A stretch of 35,047 bases of DNA from Nitrososphaerota archaeon (GTDB lineage: Archaea; Thermoproteota; Nitrososphaeria; Nitrososphaerales; Nitrosopumilaceae). The notes under the pieces were generated by a model. The model was not told the origin of the DNA. It ran no database searches and saw nothing but the letters and a program-made list of their open reading frames with translations. The DNA is taken from NCBI GenBank assembly GCA_028867395.1, contig JAGWGO010000001.1:1-35047 (forward strand), written 5' to 3'. The first letter of the stretch is position 1; each line of letters opens with the position of its first letter. A program made the translations under genes and the position numbers. Below, one piece after another: positions 1 to 9,387 of the stretch.

Positions 1-354
1 CTTGGAGTTTATGCGCAGATAGTGGTCAAAGATGCATCAGGAAATCTGGTATCGTATATCGAGTCCTCCAATACAAGGTTACTAGTAAGTGCTGCCCAGT
101 TTAACCAAATATTAAACCAAAACCTAAGTCATTTCAAAAAGACAGAACTCAATGCGAACGGCCAGAACATCGAGATATTGCAGGTAAACAACACACTTGT
201 ACACAAAGACCCCACAATAGTATCATTAAACATAATATCGCTTGGGACTCCAAGCGGACCACAAATATTGGTTATTGCCAACCATGACGGTTTTCCTGTG
301 GTGGCAGGAGACAAGATGACTGTTTACTGGACAATTGTACGATCTAATGGCTAA
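1..354 (+). CDS. Thaumarchaeal-type hypothetical protein, 5'-partial
   Basis: Frame is open from base 1 (LGVYAQIVVKDASGNLVSYIE...). The QIVVxDxxGxLVSYIE and WTIVR patterns resemble a thaumarchaeal exported protein family. Confidence 0.7.
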   Translation, partial: LGVYAQIVVKDASGNLVSYIESSNTRLLVSAAQFNQILNQNLSHFKKTELNANGQNIEILQVNNTLVHKDPTIVSLNIISLGTPSGPQILVIANHDGFPVVAGDKMTVYWTIVRSNG

Positions 355-376
355 CTTTTGTAATTTAATGCAAATC

Positions 377-1663
377 CTAGATGCTTGATAACTCGTGCTC
401 TTTCCTAGTCTTGTTAGACAGCAGAACTCCAACACCCACTGCAAAAAAGACAGAAACAGAAACAAACCTGTAAGGCTCGTTTGTCTGGTATGTAAACCCG
501 GTCAAAAGTGGTGCAGCCATGAGTATCACAAGTATGAAGAACATTATCGAATCTGCGTGCATCACGCCTCTTCTTGAGGCAAAAAAGAGCATCACAGTAA
601 GCGGAAGGAGGAAGAGCACTATGACATAGTCAAATCTCATCTGCATTGCCATTGCTGCAAAGCCTTGCCAGAACTCTGATGCGCCAAAGTAAATTTTTGT
701 TCCAACAAGATTTGTACTCCAAGAAGATACCACAGCTGCAATGATTGCTCCAGCGACGCCATAACTGAGAAGCGAGTAAATCCTGGTTCTTTTTGGAAGA
801 TCAGAGCGTGCAATAAAGTAGATGTTCATTGGAAAGAATGCAAGAGTGAGGGGCTTGGAAAAGAGTGAGAGGATGTAAGGCATAGGCGAGGGCGGCCAGA
901 ACTTTAGTACCATGTATAGCGAAAATAGATAGAGCAGAATCCAGGAATTTTCATAGCTTGCTGTAGTGCTGTAGGTAACAAATATGTCACTTTGTAGCAG
1001 AAAAACCATGGCAACAATTCCTGATATTCTTTTTCCTGTGATCTTTTTTGTGAAAAAATATGTCTGCAAGAGGAGAGCGGCCGATATGATAAAGGGGACA
1101 ATCCTGATGTTCCCAAGTCCATTTAGCGAAGTGGAAAGAAGCAAGTATCTAAAGTGTGGTTCAAAACTCTTGCCAAACTGCGATATATCCCAAGACTGGA
1201 CCCTTGCTTTGACGTCTGCATAGTCTGCCCATGTTTCTTCTTTTGCAAGTGTTCCTGCAGTGATTACGCAAAATATTGCAAGTATTGCAATTACGCCAAT
1301 TATTGCCTGTTTTTTTGTAATCTCAAAGGACTTGATCTTTGCAATGTATTCCTTGCACTTTGATCTCTTGTAGTACGCTATTCCTATCACAAGTATGATT
1401 ATGTTTACTATGACAAGCGGTGTAGCAAAGACCCCGGGCTGGAAAGCATTAATGATATCAGGAGAGTAGACTTGGGCGGTGAATGTACTTGTGGTCCTGA
1501 TTACAAGGGCAGGAAAGACTGCCGAGATTAATGTAATAAACACAACAACAACTGTTGGAATAAAGACTGCCCAGGAAAGAAGATGCGGTCTGATTGAAAA
1601 TATTCTCTTGGGTTTTGGCTCTTCTCTTTTGCGTTCTAGGTTGGGTTTTTTCTTGTCTGCCAA
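377..1663 (-). CDS. Polytopic membrane protein, possibly GT-C-fold glycosyltransferase-like
   Basis: 428 aa with ~10 hydrophobic segments; acidic loop (EETWADY) after the early helices, KP motif, PYRF near the C-terminus. Confidence 0.65.
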   Translation of the reverse strand: MADKKKPNLERKREEPKPKRIFSIRPHLLSWAVFIPTVVVVFITLISAVFPALVIRTTSTFTAQVYSPDIINAFQPGVFATPLVIVNIIILVIGIAYYKRSKCKEYIAKIKSFEITKKQAIIGVIAILAIFCVITAGTLAKEETWADYADVKARVQSWDISQFGKSFEPHFRYLLLSTSLNGLGNIRIVPFIISAALLLQTYFFTKKITGKRISGIVAMVFLLQSDIFVTYSTTASYENSWILLYLFSLYMVLKFWPPSPMPYILSLFSKPLTLAFFPMNIYFIARSDLPKRTRIYSLLSYGVAGAIIAAVVSSWSTNLVGTKIYFGASEFWQGFAAMAMQMRFDYVIVLFLLPLTVMLFFASRRGVMHADSIMFFILVILMAAPLLTGFTYQTNEPYRFVSVSVFFAVGVGVLLSNKTRKEHELSSI

Positions 1664-1779
1664 ACGAGTTTCTTAAAGTGTATGGGTTTAAAAGCGAACC
1701 GGCATTTGCATCTTTCACCAGAGATTCAAAATGAGATTTGCCAAATGAAAAAAGGGAATCAATTTAGCCAAATGATTAG

Positions 1780-2223
1780 CTAGCTATCTTTTATCTTTGA
1801 GAAGACATGCGCCCACTGCTGACCCTCACTTCTTGCCTGCGCCTGCGCGTTCTCGTAGAGCAGCTGGTAGACCCATGACACTATCTCAGACCATATGGCC
1901 TCAAGCGAGGCCTCGTCGGAGAAAAGCACGCTGGTTCTTACTGCAAACATTGCAGGAATGTTTCTTGCGTTTTTTGCGGGGTCCTTCTGCCACTTTTTTA
2001 GCACTCGGTCGCAGAACTCGATGATGTCATTTTTTGACAGCGCAAGCCCTTCTGGGTCTGCTTTCTGGTTGTTTCTTTGATTGCTTTTTGCAACACCGTT
2101 TCTTTGTCTGGAATAGCTGGAGTTTTTAGAATCGTTTTTGGTATGATTTTTGGCATTTTCTTTGGAGTTTCTGGTACCCTTGCTCCTTGAGCTCTCTTTT
2201 TGTGCCTTGGAATCCCTCCTCAT
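1780..2223 (-). CDS. Hypothetical protein (basic low-complexity N-terminus, helical C-terminus)
   Basis: 147-aa ATG ORF that fits between its neighbours; no family recognised. Confidence 0.6.
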   Translation of the reverse strand: MRRDSKAQKESSRSKGTRNSKENAKNHTKNDSKNSSYSRQRNGVAKSNQRNNQKADPEGLALSKNDIIEFCDRVLKKWQKDPAKNARNIPAMFAVRTSVLFSDEASLEAIWSEIVSWVYQLLYENAQAQARSEGQQWAHVFSKIKDS

Positions 2224-2323
2224 TGGCTTGATAATGTCACAGGTTGCCTTTAGTAGTTTTGTTCTCTGTATGATCGCAAGAACAGTATGATCTCTTAATA
2301 GTCAGCGTACCGCATTGTATAAC

Positions 2324-2515
2324 ATGAACATCTATGATATGAAATCCGTTCGCTGTTCGAAATGTGACAGGTTCATAGGTGAGATTGAGTATGATGCCGT
2401 AGTTACCTTGCCAAAGTGCGGCCGGTGTGCAAACCCGATGCCTGAAGGCGACGACAAAGTGAGCTACATCGTATCCAAGTTCAACAAGAATCCAAAGGGA
2501 CTTGTGCCAAACTAG
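2324..2515 (+). CDS. Small zinc-finger protein
   Basis: Two CxxC pairs (CSKC, CGRC); ATG at 2324, or TTG at 2315. Confidence 0.7.
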   Translation: MNIYDMKSVRCSKCDRFIGEIEYDAVVTLPKCGRCANPMPEGDDKVSYIVSKFNKNPKGLVPN

Positions 2516-2630
2516 ATCAAAAATCAGAGTTACATTGAGCAATATCTCAGCCTCGGCTGATCATCTCAAATTTTGAAATCATGATAACCTCAAACCGTCT
2601 TGAATAATTTCATAACACATCGCATATCAG

Positions 2631-2871
<241 letters not shown>

Positions 2872-2902
2872 TTTTTTTGCTGCAAGTGTTCTTGATTAAT
2901 TT

Positions 2903-3502
2903 CTAGGGTTGTGCAGTTATCACTCTAGGCCTTCTTGTTGCAAGTATTGTTACCGTGCCTGCGACTGCAACTGCTGCTATCTCAAACAAGATCCAGTCAA
3001 TTGTTGGAAATATTATTTGGTGGTTGTAGAATGGCACAAACAACGGGAACTTGGAGTCTCCGTCAAAGGCATCAAATGAAAGGTGTGACAACACTCCTGC
3101 AAATGCAGCTGCGCCAAGCCTGTAATCTTTTCTTCCAAATGATATCATCAGAACTATGACTGCGATTGTGCCAAAGGCTATAGAGTGAGACATTCTTTCT
3201 AGTGCCTCTACGTGAAACAATCCTATGATATGATCAGAGTCGATCAGTACAGCAAAGAGTCCTGTTATGATGACATACCTTGCGCTCAAAAATACTGTTC
3301 CTGCAACGAGGCCCCAAAGCATGTGTCCTGCAATCTCGTGGAGGCTCAGACCGCCTGTTGGGTTGTGTAATAGTACCTTTTCTGGAAGAACCATGCCCAC
3401 AAGGGAGAAGGCTGCTGACAGGGCACAAAATACGAGAGCCGTCTTGATTATGTATCTTGCCTCTTTTTTCCAGATTTGGGACATTGACCTGACTCTTGGC
3501 AT
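2903..3502 (-). CDS. Membrane-bound metal-dependent hydrolase (YdjM/DUF457-like)
   Basis: GH...IDSDH...RMSHS...SHLSFD...PLFVPF motif series with transmembrane helices. Start more likely 3502 or 3484 than 3715. Confidence 0.75.
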   Translation of the reverse strand: MPRVRSMSQIWKKEARYIIKTALVFCALSAAFSLVGMVLPEKVLLHNPTGGLSLHEIAGHMLWGLVAGTVFLSARYVIITGLFAVLIDSDHIIGLFHVEALERMSHSIAFGTIAVIVLMISFGRKDYRLGAAAFAGVLSHLSFDAFDGDSKFPLFVPFYNHQIIFPTIDWILFEIAAVAVAGTVTILATRRPRVITAQP

Positions 3503-3787
3503 TACTTTATTTTTCTCTTTAGGACACTCAAAGCGTACTCTGTTCTGAAAACCATTTTGCGTGGTTCTGCCTCTGTCTTTTCGTACAGGAATGGCACCAG
3601 ATAGTGTCATTTCCGGGCTCCCTTGGCTTTTCACAAATGGTGCACATGTTCTTTTTTGCCTTGTCCTTTTCTGACATCTACGGATACCCGTCAAGATATT
3701 TTGCATATAAAACAAAAATCTGATTATCAGTCTTGGTTTCGTGCATTTGACTACGATTTTCTCAAGGGGACGTTTCTTGGGTCAAAA

Positions 3788-4963
3788 TCAAAGTGATTTA
3801 TGCGCAGGCATGACTTCTTGGTACATCTTGACAATTTTTTGGTACATTGATTCTTGGCTGTACTGTGTTACTAGCTTCTGGTATCCACTCTGGCCAGTCA
3901 ATTTGGCCTGCTCTGGATTTTTTATTGTATCAAGCAGAGCTTGAGCCCACATCTTTTCATCGCGTGAATCCAAGACATGCCCTGTAACTCCATCTGATAC
4001 GATATCGGACATGGGCTTGATGTCAGATACCAGTACTGGCTTTTTCTTTTCATATGCCTCTAGTATTACGAGCCCGAATCCCTCGCACAAGCTTGGGAAG
4101 ACAAGTGCTGCAGACTCTGAAATTATCCTTGACTTTACTTCTGCAGTTACATATCCCTTGAACTCGATGTTTTTCTCAAGGCCTAGTTTTTTTACCATCT
4201 CTTCAAGCGTCCTTCTGTGCGGGCCGCTGCCAACCAGTATTAGCTTGATCTCGGGCTCGGTCTTTCTTGCAATGTCAACTGCCTTTATTGCCACTTCGAG
4301 GTTTTTGTAAAAGACCAGCCTTCCAACGTAAACAAACTGCAGTGGGTTTTGCTTCGTGTTACCTACCTGAGTTGACTCTATTGCATTATGGATTACATGT
4401 ATTGGTTTTTTTGCGCCAAACTTTAGCAGGTCCTCTTTTGTCGCATCGCTGACTGTATGGATGCAGTGGTACCGAAGCTTTATCATGAATTTTTCAAAGA
4501 AGGGGGCAAGCCAGACATTCATCCTTGAGACATCGCTTTGCCTTCCCCACTCTTTCCAATAGTTTTTCCCGCAAAGCGAGAAGATGTCATGGACTGTAGT
4601 AATATGGGGTCTTGAGGTAAGGCTTGATAGTATCGAGCCTGCAAGTGCCGGAGCAAAGTTGTTGGAATGTATGATGTCTATCTTTTCATTTTTTATTATT
4701 TTGAGTCCTTGTTTTATTGCGTTTATTGCATATCTGATGTTGTCAGAGAATCCAGGCGGCAATCCTCCTTTGTATTGTAGTAGAGGGGGGACAAATATCA
4801 CTTGGATGTTTTTTAGATCTTTGTAATCCTCACCTTCGATCTTGTTTGTTATCACAAATACCTTGTTGTCGTTCTCGGCAAGTTTTTTTGCAACTATGCT
4901 GAAAACATACTCTCCGCCTCCTCTGGTTGTCGAGAAGAACTGGCTTAGGAGCAGGATGTTCAT
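3788..4963 (-). CDS. Glycosyltransferase family 4
   Basis: GGGE, HSNN, TVHD, VGRLVFYKN and EGFGLVILEA (EX7E) motifs. Confidence 0.95.
   Translation of the reverse strand: MNILLLSQFFSTTRGGGEYVFSIVAKKLAENDNKVFVITNKIEGEDYKDLKNIQVIFVPPLLQYKGGLPPGFSDNIRYAINAIKQGLKIIKNEKIDIIHSNNFAPALAGSILSSLTSRPHITTVHDIFSLCGKNYWKEWGRQSDVSRMNVWLAPFFEKFMIKLRYHCIHTVSDATKEDLLKFGAKKPIHVIHNAIESTQVGNTKQNPLQFVYVGRLVFYKNLEVAIKAVDIARKTEPEIKLILVGSGPHRRTLEEMVKKLGLEKNIEFKGYVTAEVKSRIISESAALVFPSLCEGFGLVILEAYEKKKPVLVSDIKPMSDIVSDGVTGHVLDSRDEKMWAQALLDTIKNPEQAKLTGQSGYQKLVTQYSQESMYQKIVKMYQEVMPAHKSL
4703..4963 (-). repeat. GT4 5' end, copy 1 (direct repeat with 19936-20196)
   Basis: 87 codons, about 69/87 aa identical to the orphan copy by manual count. 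Confidence 0.92.
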
Positions 4964-5100
4964 GAGATTTGGTAAAATGCAATCATTCTAGAATCTTTCG
5001 AAGACTGGGTTTAGGATGAGGCATCTAATCAGGCAGGTGTTCTTAGGTTGTAACTTGATAAAGTACGCATTGTGGAAATTCTCCTCAAATCCAGTAGTCT

Positions 5101-5297
5101 CCTGGGAGTAAGATGTCTGGTACATACTCCCAGGGCAACCCCATCCTATGGTAAGAGAAATAGGCTGCAAGCTACATTACCATCTACTGGTTCAAAAAGG
5201 TAGTTGCATAATTTTTTTTGATGTCATAAAAATTTATGTTAAAAAAATATTTAATTATAATCTAGCAAAAATAATTGCTCAAAACAAAATTTTTTAC
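5101..5297 (+). repeat. Non-coding hairpin + A-tract element, copy 1
   Basis: Perfect 10-bp stem CCTGGGAGTA/TACTCCCAGG (5101-5134) and motif ATCTAGCAAAAATAATTGCTCAAAACAAAATTTT (from 5260); alignable to 9577-9773. Confidence 0.85.
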
Positions 5298-5309
5298 ATT
5301 GACGTTTTG

Positions 5310-5852
5310 TCAGTGCAAACTCGTGTTCTTTATCTCAATAACAAGCGAATTGGAGGTACTATCGACAATTGCCTTTCTTCCAAGGTCTTTGAGCATCTGC
5401 ATATAGTACACCTTGTGAAAAAGCGACCACTTTGGTCCCAGCCCATGTGTGATAACTATCTTGGTCTGATTCGCATTGCGAAACTCTTGGTAGGCAAAGT
5501 TTGATCTTACCGACCTGTATCTTGTAATCAATAACCATGACTCGAGGTCTACCTTTCCCGAGATGGAAAGCAGGGTGTCTTTCATCACCGTCTTTGCAGC
5601 CTTTGTTGCAAGCCTTCTCAGGGTCTTTTCGCTCAAGCTATCTATGAATAATTTCATGATATCACTTTTTAACAAAACCCAGCCTGCCTTGGCTGACTTT
5701 CTATCCCAGCTAACATAATTGTCAAAGACTTGGTCGACAAGTGCATTGAGTGTTATCTTGTCCTCTTTTGCTGCATCGGATAATTTTTCTATGATTTGAG
5801 GATCAATTCTGAAGCTGATTGTTTTTTTGTCCTTTTTGCTGCCACTTGCCAT
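5310..5852 (-). CDS. Ribbon-helix-helix N-terminal domain protein (thaumarchaeal family)
   Basis: TISFRID...ITLNALVDQV RHH pattern; ITHGLGPKWSLF C-terminal motif. Confidence 0.8.
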   Translation of the reverse strand: MASGSKKDKKTISFRIDPQIIEKLSDAAKEDKITLNALVDQVFDNYVSWDRKSAKAGWVLLKSDIMKLFIDSLSEKTLRRLATKAAKTVMKDTLLSISGKVDLESWLLITRYRSVRSNFAYQEFRNANQTKIVITHGLGPKWSLFHKVYYMQMLKDLGRKAIVDSTSNSLVIEIKNTSLH

Positions 5853-6008
5853 ACTCTATCTTGTTTCTATTTAGAGGATTCCTTTTTTGTACCGTACTCA
5901 AGTAAACTGGAGATTGACTCCATTTTGTCAAGCAGGATTTTCCTATTTTTCAACATCTTGATTTGTTACTACATTGCCTTCGCCAAACTTTGAAGCGTAG
6001 ATTATCGA

Positions 6009-6803
6009 GTGATGGACCTTGGCGGCCCGATGCAGATATTTGCATCATCGCGTATAGCAGATGACATTAGAAGGCTATCTCCAGAGTACAAGGCAATCAT
6101 GCATCCTGTCGGTGACTATACTGTCAAGCATGGTGAACAGTTGTTAATCTACAACATTTACGGAGAGGGGTTTGGAAACAGGAACACTCCAAAGAAAGGC
6201 AAGGTGCAGAAATCCAAGGCCGCAGAGCAGGACCTCAAGAACTCTAACACATTTCACTTTTCAAGCGTTGACCTTGGGGTAAAGATAACAGATCCAAAAA
6301 CCATGATGGCCCGCCACACTTGGACGTGGGACATCAGGAACATATCGCCTGAACCAAAGGACCAGATTTTTTACTATCTTGACGGCGATGTTCCTAGAGA
6401 GTTTGCCGACATGAATGTTGTTGTGACAAATGGTTCAGGCAAGGAACTTGAGATAATATCATTGAATGTGAACAAGCCCTATCACAAGGAGTTTATCGTA
6501 AAGCTTGACAAGCCTTTGAAGCCAAACCAGACTAGCCAGAAGATTACCTTGCAGTATGACTGGGAGGAACCAGAGCGCAACTTTTTCTATAAAGTGTCAT
6601 CTGACTGCAAGCTGTTACAATATCACTTTACCATGCCAAAGGGCACAGATGTGAAAAATAGGGTGTTGAAGGTGGATCCGGAGACTGGGTACAAGACCCA
6701 TGCAACGCCTGCTGCAAAGGTGAAATATCACAAAGACAGGATAGAGATTTCGTGGGAGAAATCAAACCTTTCTGCATACGAGGCGTACAGGTTTGAGTGG
6801 TGA
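6009..6803 (+). pseudogene. 5'-truncated class III adenylate/guanylate cyclase-domain protein
   Basis: Begins at the tail of the cyclase domain (RVMDLG..QIFAS...VKHG). In-frame TGA at 5991; the catalytic N-terminal part is absent. C-terminal domain ends YRFEW. Confidence 0.75.
6731..6803 (+). repeat. Cyclase 3' end, copy A
   Basis: Encodes KDRIEISWEKSNLSAYEAYRFEW*; matches 10841-10913 and 7501-7550. Confidence 0.9.
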
Positions 6804-6891
6804 ATTTACAATCAGAGGAATTTTACTACCGCTCTTACCGTCGTTGATGGAACTAGAAAAATTAATACACATCTCAGGTACGACTATGCAC

Positions 6892-6899
6892 TTTTATAT
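6892..6899 (+). promoter_or_regulatory. Archaeal TATA box
   Basis: TTTTATAT about 24-31 nt upstream of ATG 6923 (leaderless spacing). Confidence 0.5.
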
Positions 6900-6922
6900 G
6901 CAATAATGTCCAAAACTAGAAC

Positions 6923-7111
6923 ATGGCAACTAATCTAACTGCGAAGGCATATCGCAAGGTTAGAGTGGCACCAAAAGACGAAGCAAAAATGATCGATACA
7001 CTATTGAAAACGGGTGAACAATTCAAAGCCGTATCAAAGAATGACTACTACATAACCACAAAACAATGCGCCACGCTAAGTAGAAATAAGATACCTTATC
7101 AAAAACTGTGA
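6923..7111 (+). CDS. Small basic hypothetical protein
   Basis: 62-aa ATG ORF with a TATA box; 1-nt gap to the next ORF. Confidence 0.65.
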   Translation: MATNLTAKAYRKVRVAPKDEAKMIDTLLKTGEQFKAVSKNDYYITTKQCATLSRNKIPYQKL

Positions 7112-7112
7112 A

Positions 7113-7445
7113 TTGCAGAAGCTGCAAAATAAAATAAAACTACATTTCAAATTACCAATTTATTATAACAATGGAAAACCGGTAGAAGAACAAAAACTCG
7201 TGGACGTAAAAAATTACTTTATTGACACTTATGGCGGTCTCACGGTAGATAGCAAATCAGAAGGATTTTGGAATGATGATGGTGTGCTCTTCACTAACCA
7301 AATTTTGGAATATTCTGTTTTTATTGCAAAAAATAGATTTGATAGAGAAGTGAAGAGAATAATTCCAAAACAACTGGAAATCTTTCGTAAACAGTTTAAA
7401 CAGATAGGGATATTCTGTTACTATCATCCTGTTGTTTCAACATAA
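7113..7445 (+). CDS. Hypothetical protein, DUF3574/PII-like fold candidate
   Basis: LPIYYNNG...YGGLTV...EGFWNDDG...FKQ pattern resembles the DUF3574 G-L-T-V...G-x-W pattern. Confidence 0.6.
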   Translation: MQKLQNKIKLHFKLPIYYNNGKPVEEQKLVDVKNYFIDTYGGLTVDSKSEGFWNDDGVLFTNQILEYSVFIAKNRFDREVKRIIPKQLEIFRKQFKQIGIFCYYHPVVST

Positions 7446-7500
7446 TTTGGTTATTTTATATCATCGTCATAATTTGCAATGTTCAATCCAGTCTTTATAG

Positions 7501-7576
7501 TAGGGCAAATCAGGCCCCTTACATTGGAAGCTTATAGGTTTGAGTGGTAGTTCGTCAGTCTAAAACATTATTAGAC
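7501..7576 (+). repeat. Cyclase 3' end, degenerate copy B with downstream flank
   Basis: Reads KSGPLTLEAYRFEW*, followed by AGTCTAAAACATTAT, a flank shared with copy C. Confidence 0.8.
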
Positions 7577-7598
7577 TCTAGAACCATACTCAAGACAG

Positions 7599-7684
7599 CG
7601 GCCGGGGGTGGGATTTGAACCCACGAGACATCACTGCCTTGAGATTCTGAGTCTCACGAAATAGCCTAGCTATCCGACCCGACC
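7599..7684 (-). tRNA. Atypical type II tRNA (or pseudo-tRNA), anticodon CAG
   Basis: T arm GTGGG-TTCAAAT-CCCAC; anticodon arm TGAGA-CTCAGAA-TCTCA; variable arm AGGCA-GTGA-TGTCT; acceptor GGTCGGG/CCCGGCC with one extra C; discriminator G. TTTTATGA about 25-30 nt upstream. Confidence 0.8.
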
Positions 7685-7899
7685 GAAATTCTTTGTATCA
7701 GTTAATCATAAAATACTGATCATAGAATCCAATCTGACCCCAAGTTAATCTTTGAAATTTAATTTTGATATCATGATTCCGGCCAGTCTCCGCCGCACTC
7801 GGGGCACCTTCCCCTAAATTCGTTGTATTTTGGCTCCGGTACCACAATAGCATTGTAGCATCCGCATGACTGGCACTGGGTCCTCTCGTAAAACAAGTC

Positions 7900-8169
7900 T
7901 TATTCCACCTGCTGTGTGCAGACAAGCGTAGTCGTGCAGCGTACCTCTGGAATCTTTCTTACCTTCAGCGATATCGCATCTCGTAACTCGTCAGGACTGC
8001 TTGCCTGAACAAGTGCCATGATGTCATGTCGACCTATGGTAAGAGTTGATTCCTTTATCTCAGGAAGTGTCCTAATCTCGTCAAGCACGTGTTCTTCGGA
8101 GCCAGACTCGCAGTTTATCATTACATAAGCCCTTGTCCTTGCCTTGTCTAGCTGGAACATCTCAGACAT
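7900..8169 (-). CDS. Lrp/AsnC ligand-binding (RAM) domain protein
   Basis: AYVMINCESG...GRHDIMALV...KVRKIPEVRCTTTL; no HTH. Confidence 0.9.
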   Translation of the reverse strand: MSEMFQLDKARTRAYVMINCESGSEEHVLDEIRTLPEIKESTLTIGRHDIMALVQASSPDELRDAISLKVRKIPEVRCTTTLVCTQQVE

Positions 8170-8278
8170 GGTATTCTATGGTATCTATGGAATGTATCCC
8201 AAGCTTGCGATACCAGCTAAGAACTTGCAGTATCAGCTAAACACGTGATATCAATCTTGGACTCGAAGATACCAGAGT

Positions 8279-8560
8279 ATGGCATCAAAGAACAATGTCA
8301 GGGAGGCTATTGTATCATATGCAATAGAAAAGGCCCTGATTGACTATGGCAACTCGGCACTAGAAGAGGTATACTACAAGCTGTACCACGAGTATGCCCT
8401 GCACTTTGTAGACTGTTACCACAACCCTGAGACGCTGCGAAAGGTCTTTCTTGAGACTTTTGGCGATGCGTACTGCAATATAGTAGAGCTTGTCAGGAAC
8501 CATCTTGGCGAGTATGCAACGCAGGAGCACATTCGCAAGTTTTTGAAGACAATTGAATGA
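8279..8560 (+). CDS. Small thaumarchaeal protein (NitrOD5/DUF3227-like)
   Basis: IEKAL..G..ALEEV..KL..EY...DCY.NPE.LR.V..E.FG pattern. Confidence 0.7.
   Translation: MASKNNVREAIVSYAIEKALIDYGNSALEEVYYKLYHEYALHFVDCYHNPETLRKVFLETFGDAYCNIVELVRNHLGEYATQEHIRKFLKTIE
8473..8560 (+). repeat. 88-bp direct repeat, copy 1 (gene 3' end)
   Basis: 82/88 identical to 9388-9475. Confidence 0.95.
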
Positions 8561-8594
8561 GTTTGATTAACCTTCCGAGTGAGAATATCAAGAT

Positions 8595-9008
8595 CTAATG
8601 TCCAACTATCTCAAGCATCCTCTCTACAGTCACTATCTTTATGCTATCAAATTCTCCGAGGTCAAGAATGTGTCTGTCTCCAGATACTATAAAATCTGCC
8701 TTGCCTCCAATTGCAGTAGCAAGTATCAGGTTGTCATCGGGGTCCTCCTCTATTGCATTTATCCCGCGTACAGGCCTGACATACCTGGCCGTATTGTCAA
8801 GTATCTTGACAAAATCTATAATGTCTCTATCTGTGAGATATGGCTGAAACTTTTTTCTCGAGATTACTCGCAAAAACTCAGATCTAATCTTGCCTGACAA
8901 GACGAGATTTAGTTCATTTCCTGCAACCTTGAGCCAGAGATGTCTTGGTTTTCCGTCAGCTATGAGAGCGGAAACTAGGATGTTGATGTCAAAGACTGCT
9001 GTGTGCAT
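8595..9008 (-). CDS. PIN-domain toxin (VapC-like, PIN_3/MJ1680 type)
   Basis: VFDINILVSA...EF...DPDDNLILATA...ADFIVSGDRHIL. Confidence 0.92.
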   Translation of the reverse strand: MHTAVFDINILVSALIADGKPRHLWLKVAGNELNLVLSGKIRSEFLRVISRKKFQPYLTDRDIIDFVKILDNTARYVRPVRGINAIEEDPDDNLILATAIGGKADFIVSGDRHILDLGEFDSIKIVTVERMLEIVGH

Positions 9009-9022
9009 GCCTGAAAACCCTT

Positions 9023-9310
9023 CTAGTGCTTTTTCTTCTCTGACCTGTACTGTTCAATCTCGCTTAGGATCTCTTCTTCACTAATTTTGCCGTATTTGGC
9101 AGTCCTTGCATCAACCCTTTTGTAGAGTGCCTTGAGATCCTTCAGTGCGTCTGGCATCTTCATCCTCTTCATGATGACGGTGTCCTTGTAGCCGTATACC
9201 AAGAGCTTTGTCTTGGGCTTGAGTCCCAGCTTTTTCCTCAATGATTGAGGTATTACCACCTGACCCTTTCCACTCACTACCGTTATGTCTTCTTCCTCAT
9301 GTTGCGTCAT
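9023..9310 (-). CDS. AbrB/MazE/SpoVT-family antitoxin
   Basis: SGKGQVVIPQSLRKKLGL; directly upstream of the PIN gene. Confidence 0.92.
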   Translation of the reverse strand: MTQHEEEDITVVSGKGQVVIPQSLRKKLGLKPKTKLLVYGYKDTVIMKRMKMPDALKDLKALYKRVDARTAKYGKISEEEILSEIEQYRSEKKKH

Positions 9311-9387
9311 GTGTATATTCTTACTTTCTTACTTTACATAGATAACCGTTGCGGCAATGGGCTTTTTGGGATGCCTGTAAACGCCTG

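Noticed and set aside
4988-5504. ORFs 4988-5170 and 5148-5504
   Set aside because: They span the non-coding repeat; no equivalent ORF is maintained in copy 2, and the hairpin covariation explains the conservation.
7599-7684. tRNA-Sec (TCA in the loop, extendable D stem)
   Set aside because: With the 5-bp stem and 7-nt loop the anticodon is CAG and TCA is off-register; the T stem is 5 bp, not the archaeal 9/4 fold.
7599-7684. tRNA as the island attachment site
   Set aside because: No second copy of its 3' end and no integrase were seen in the window.
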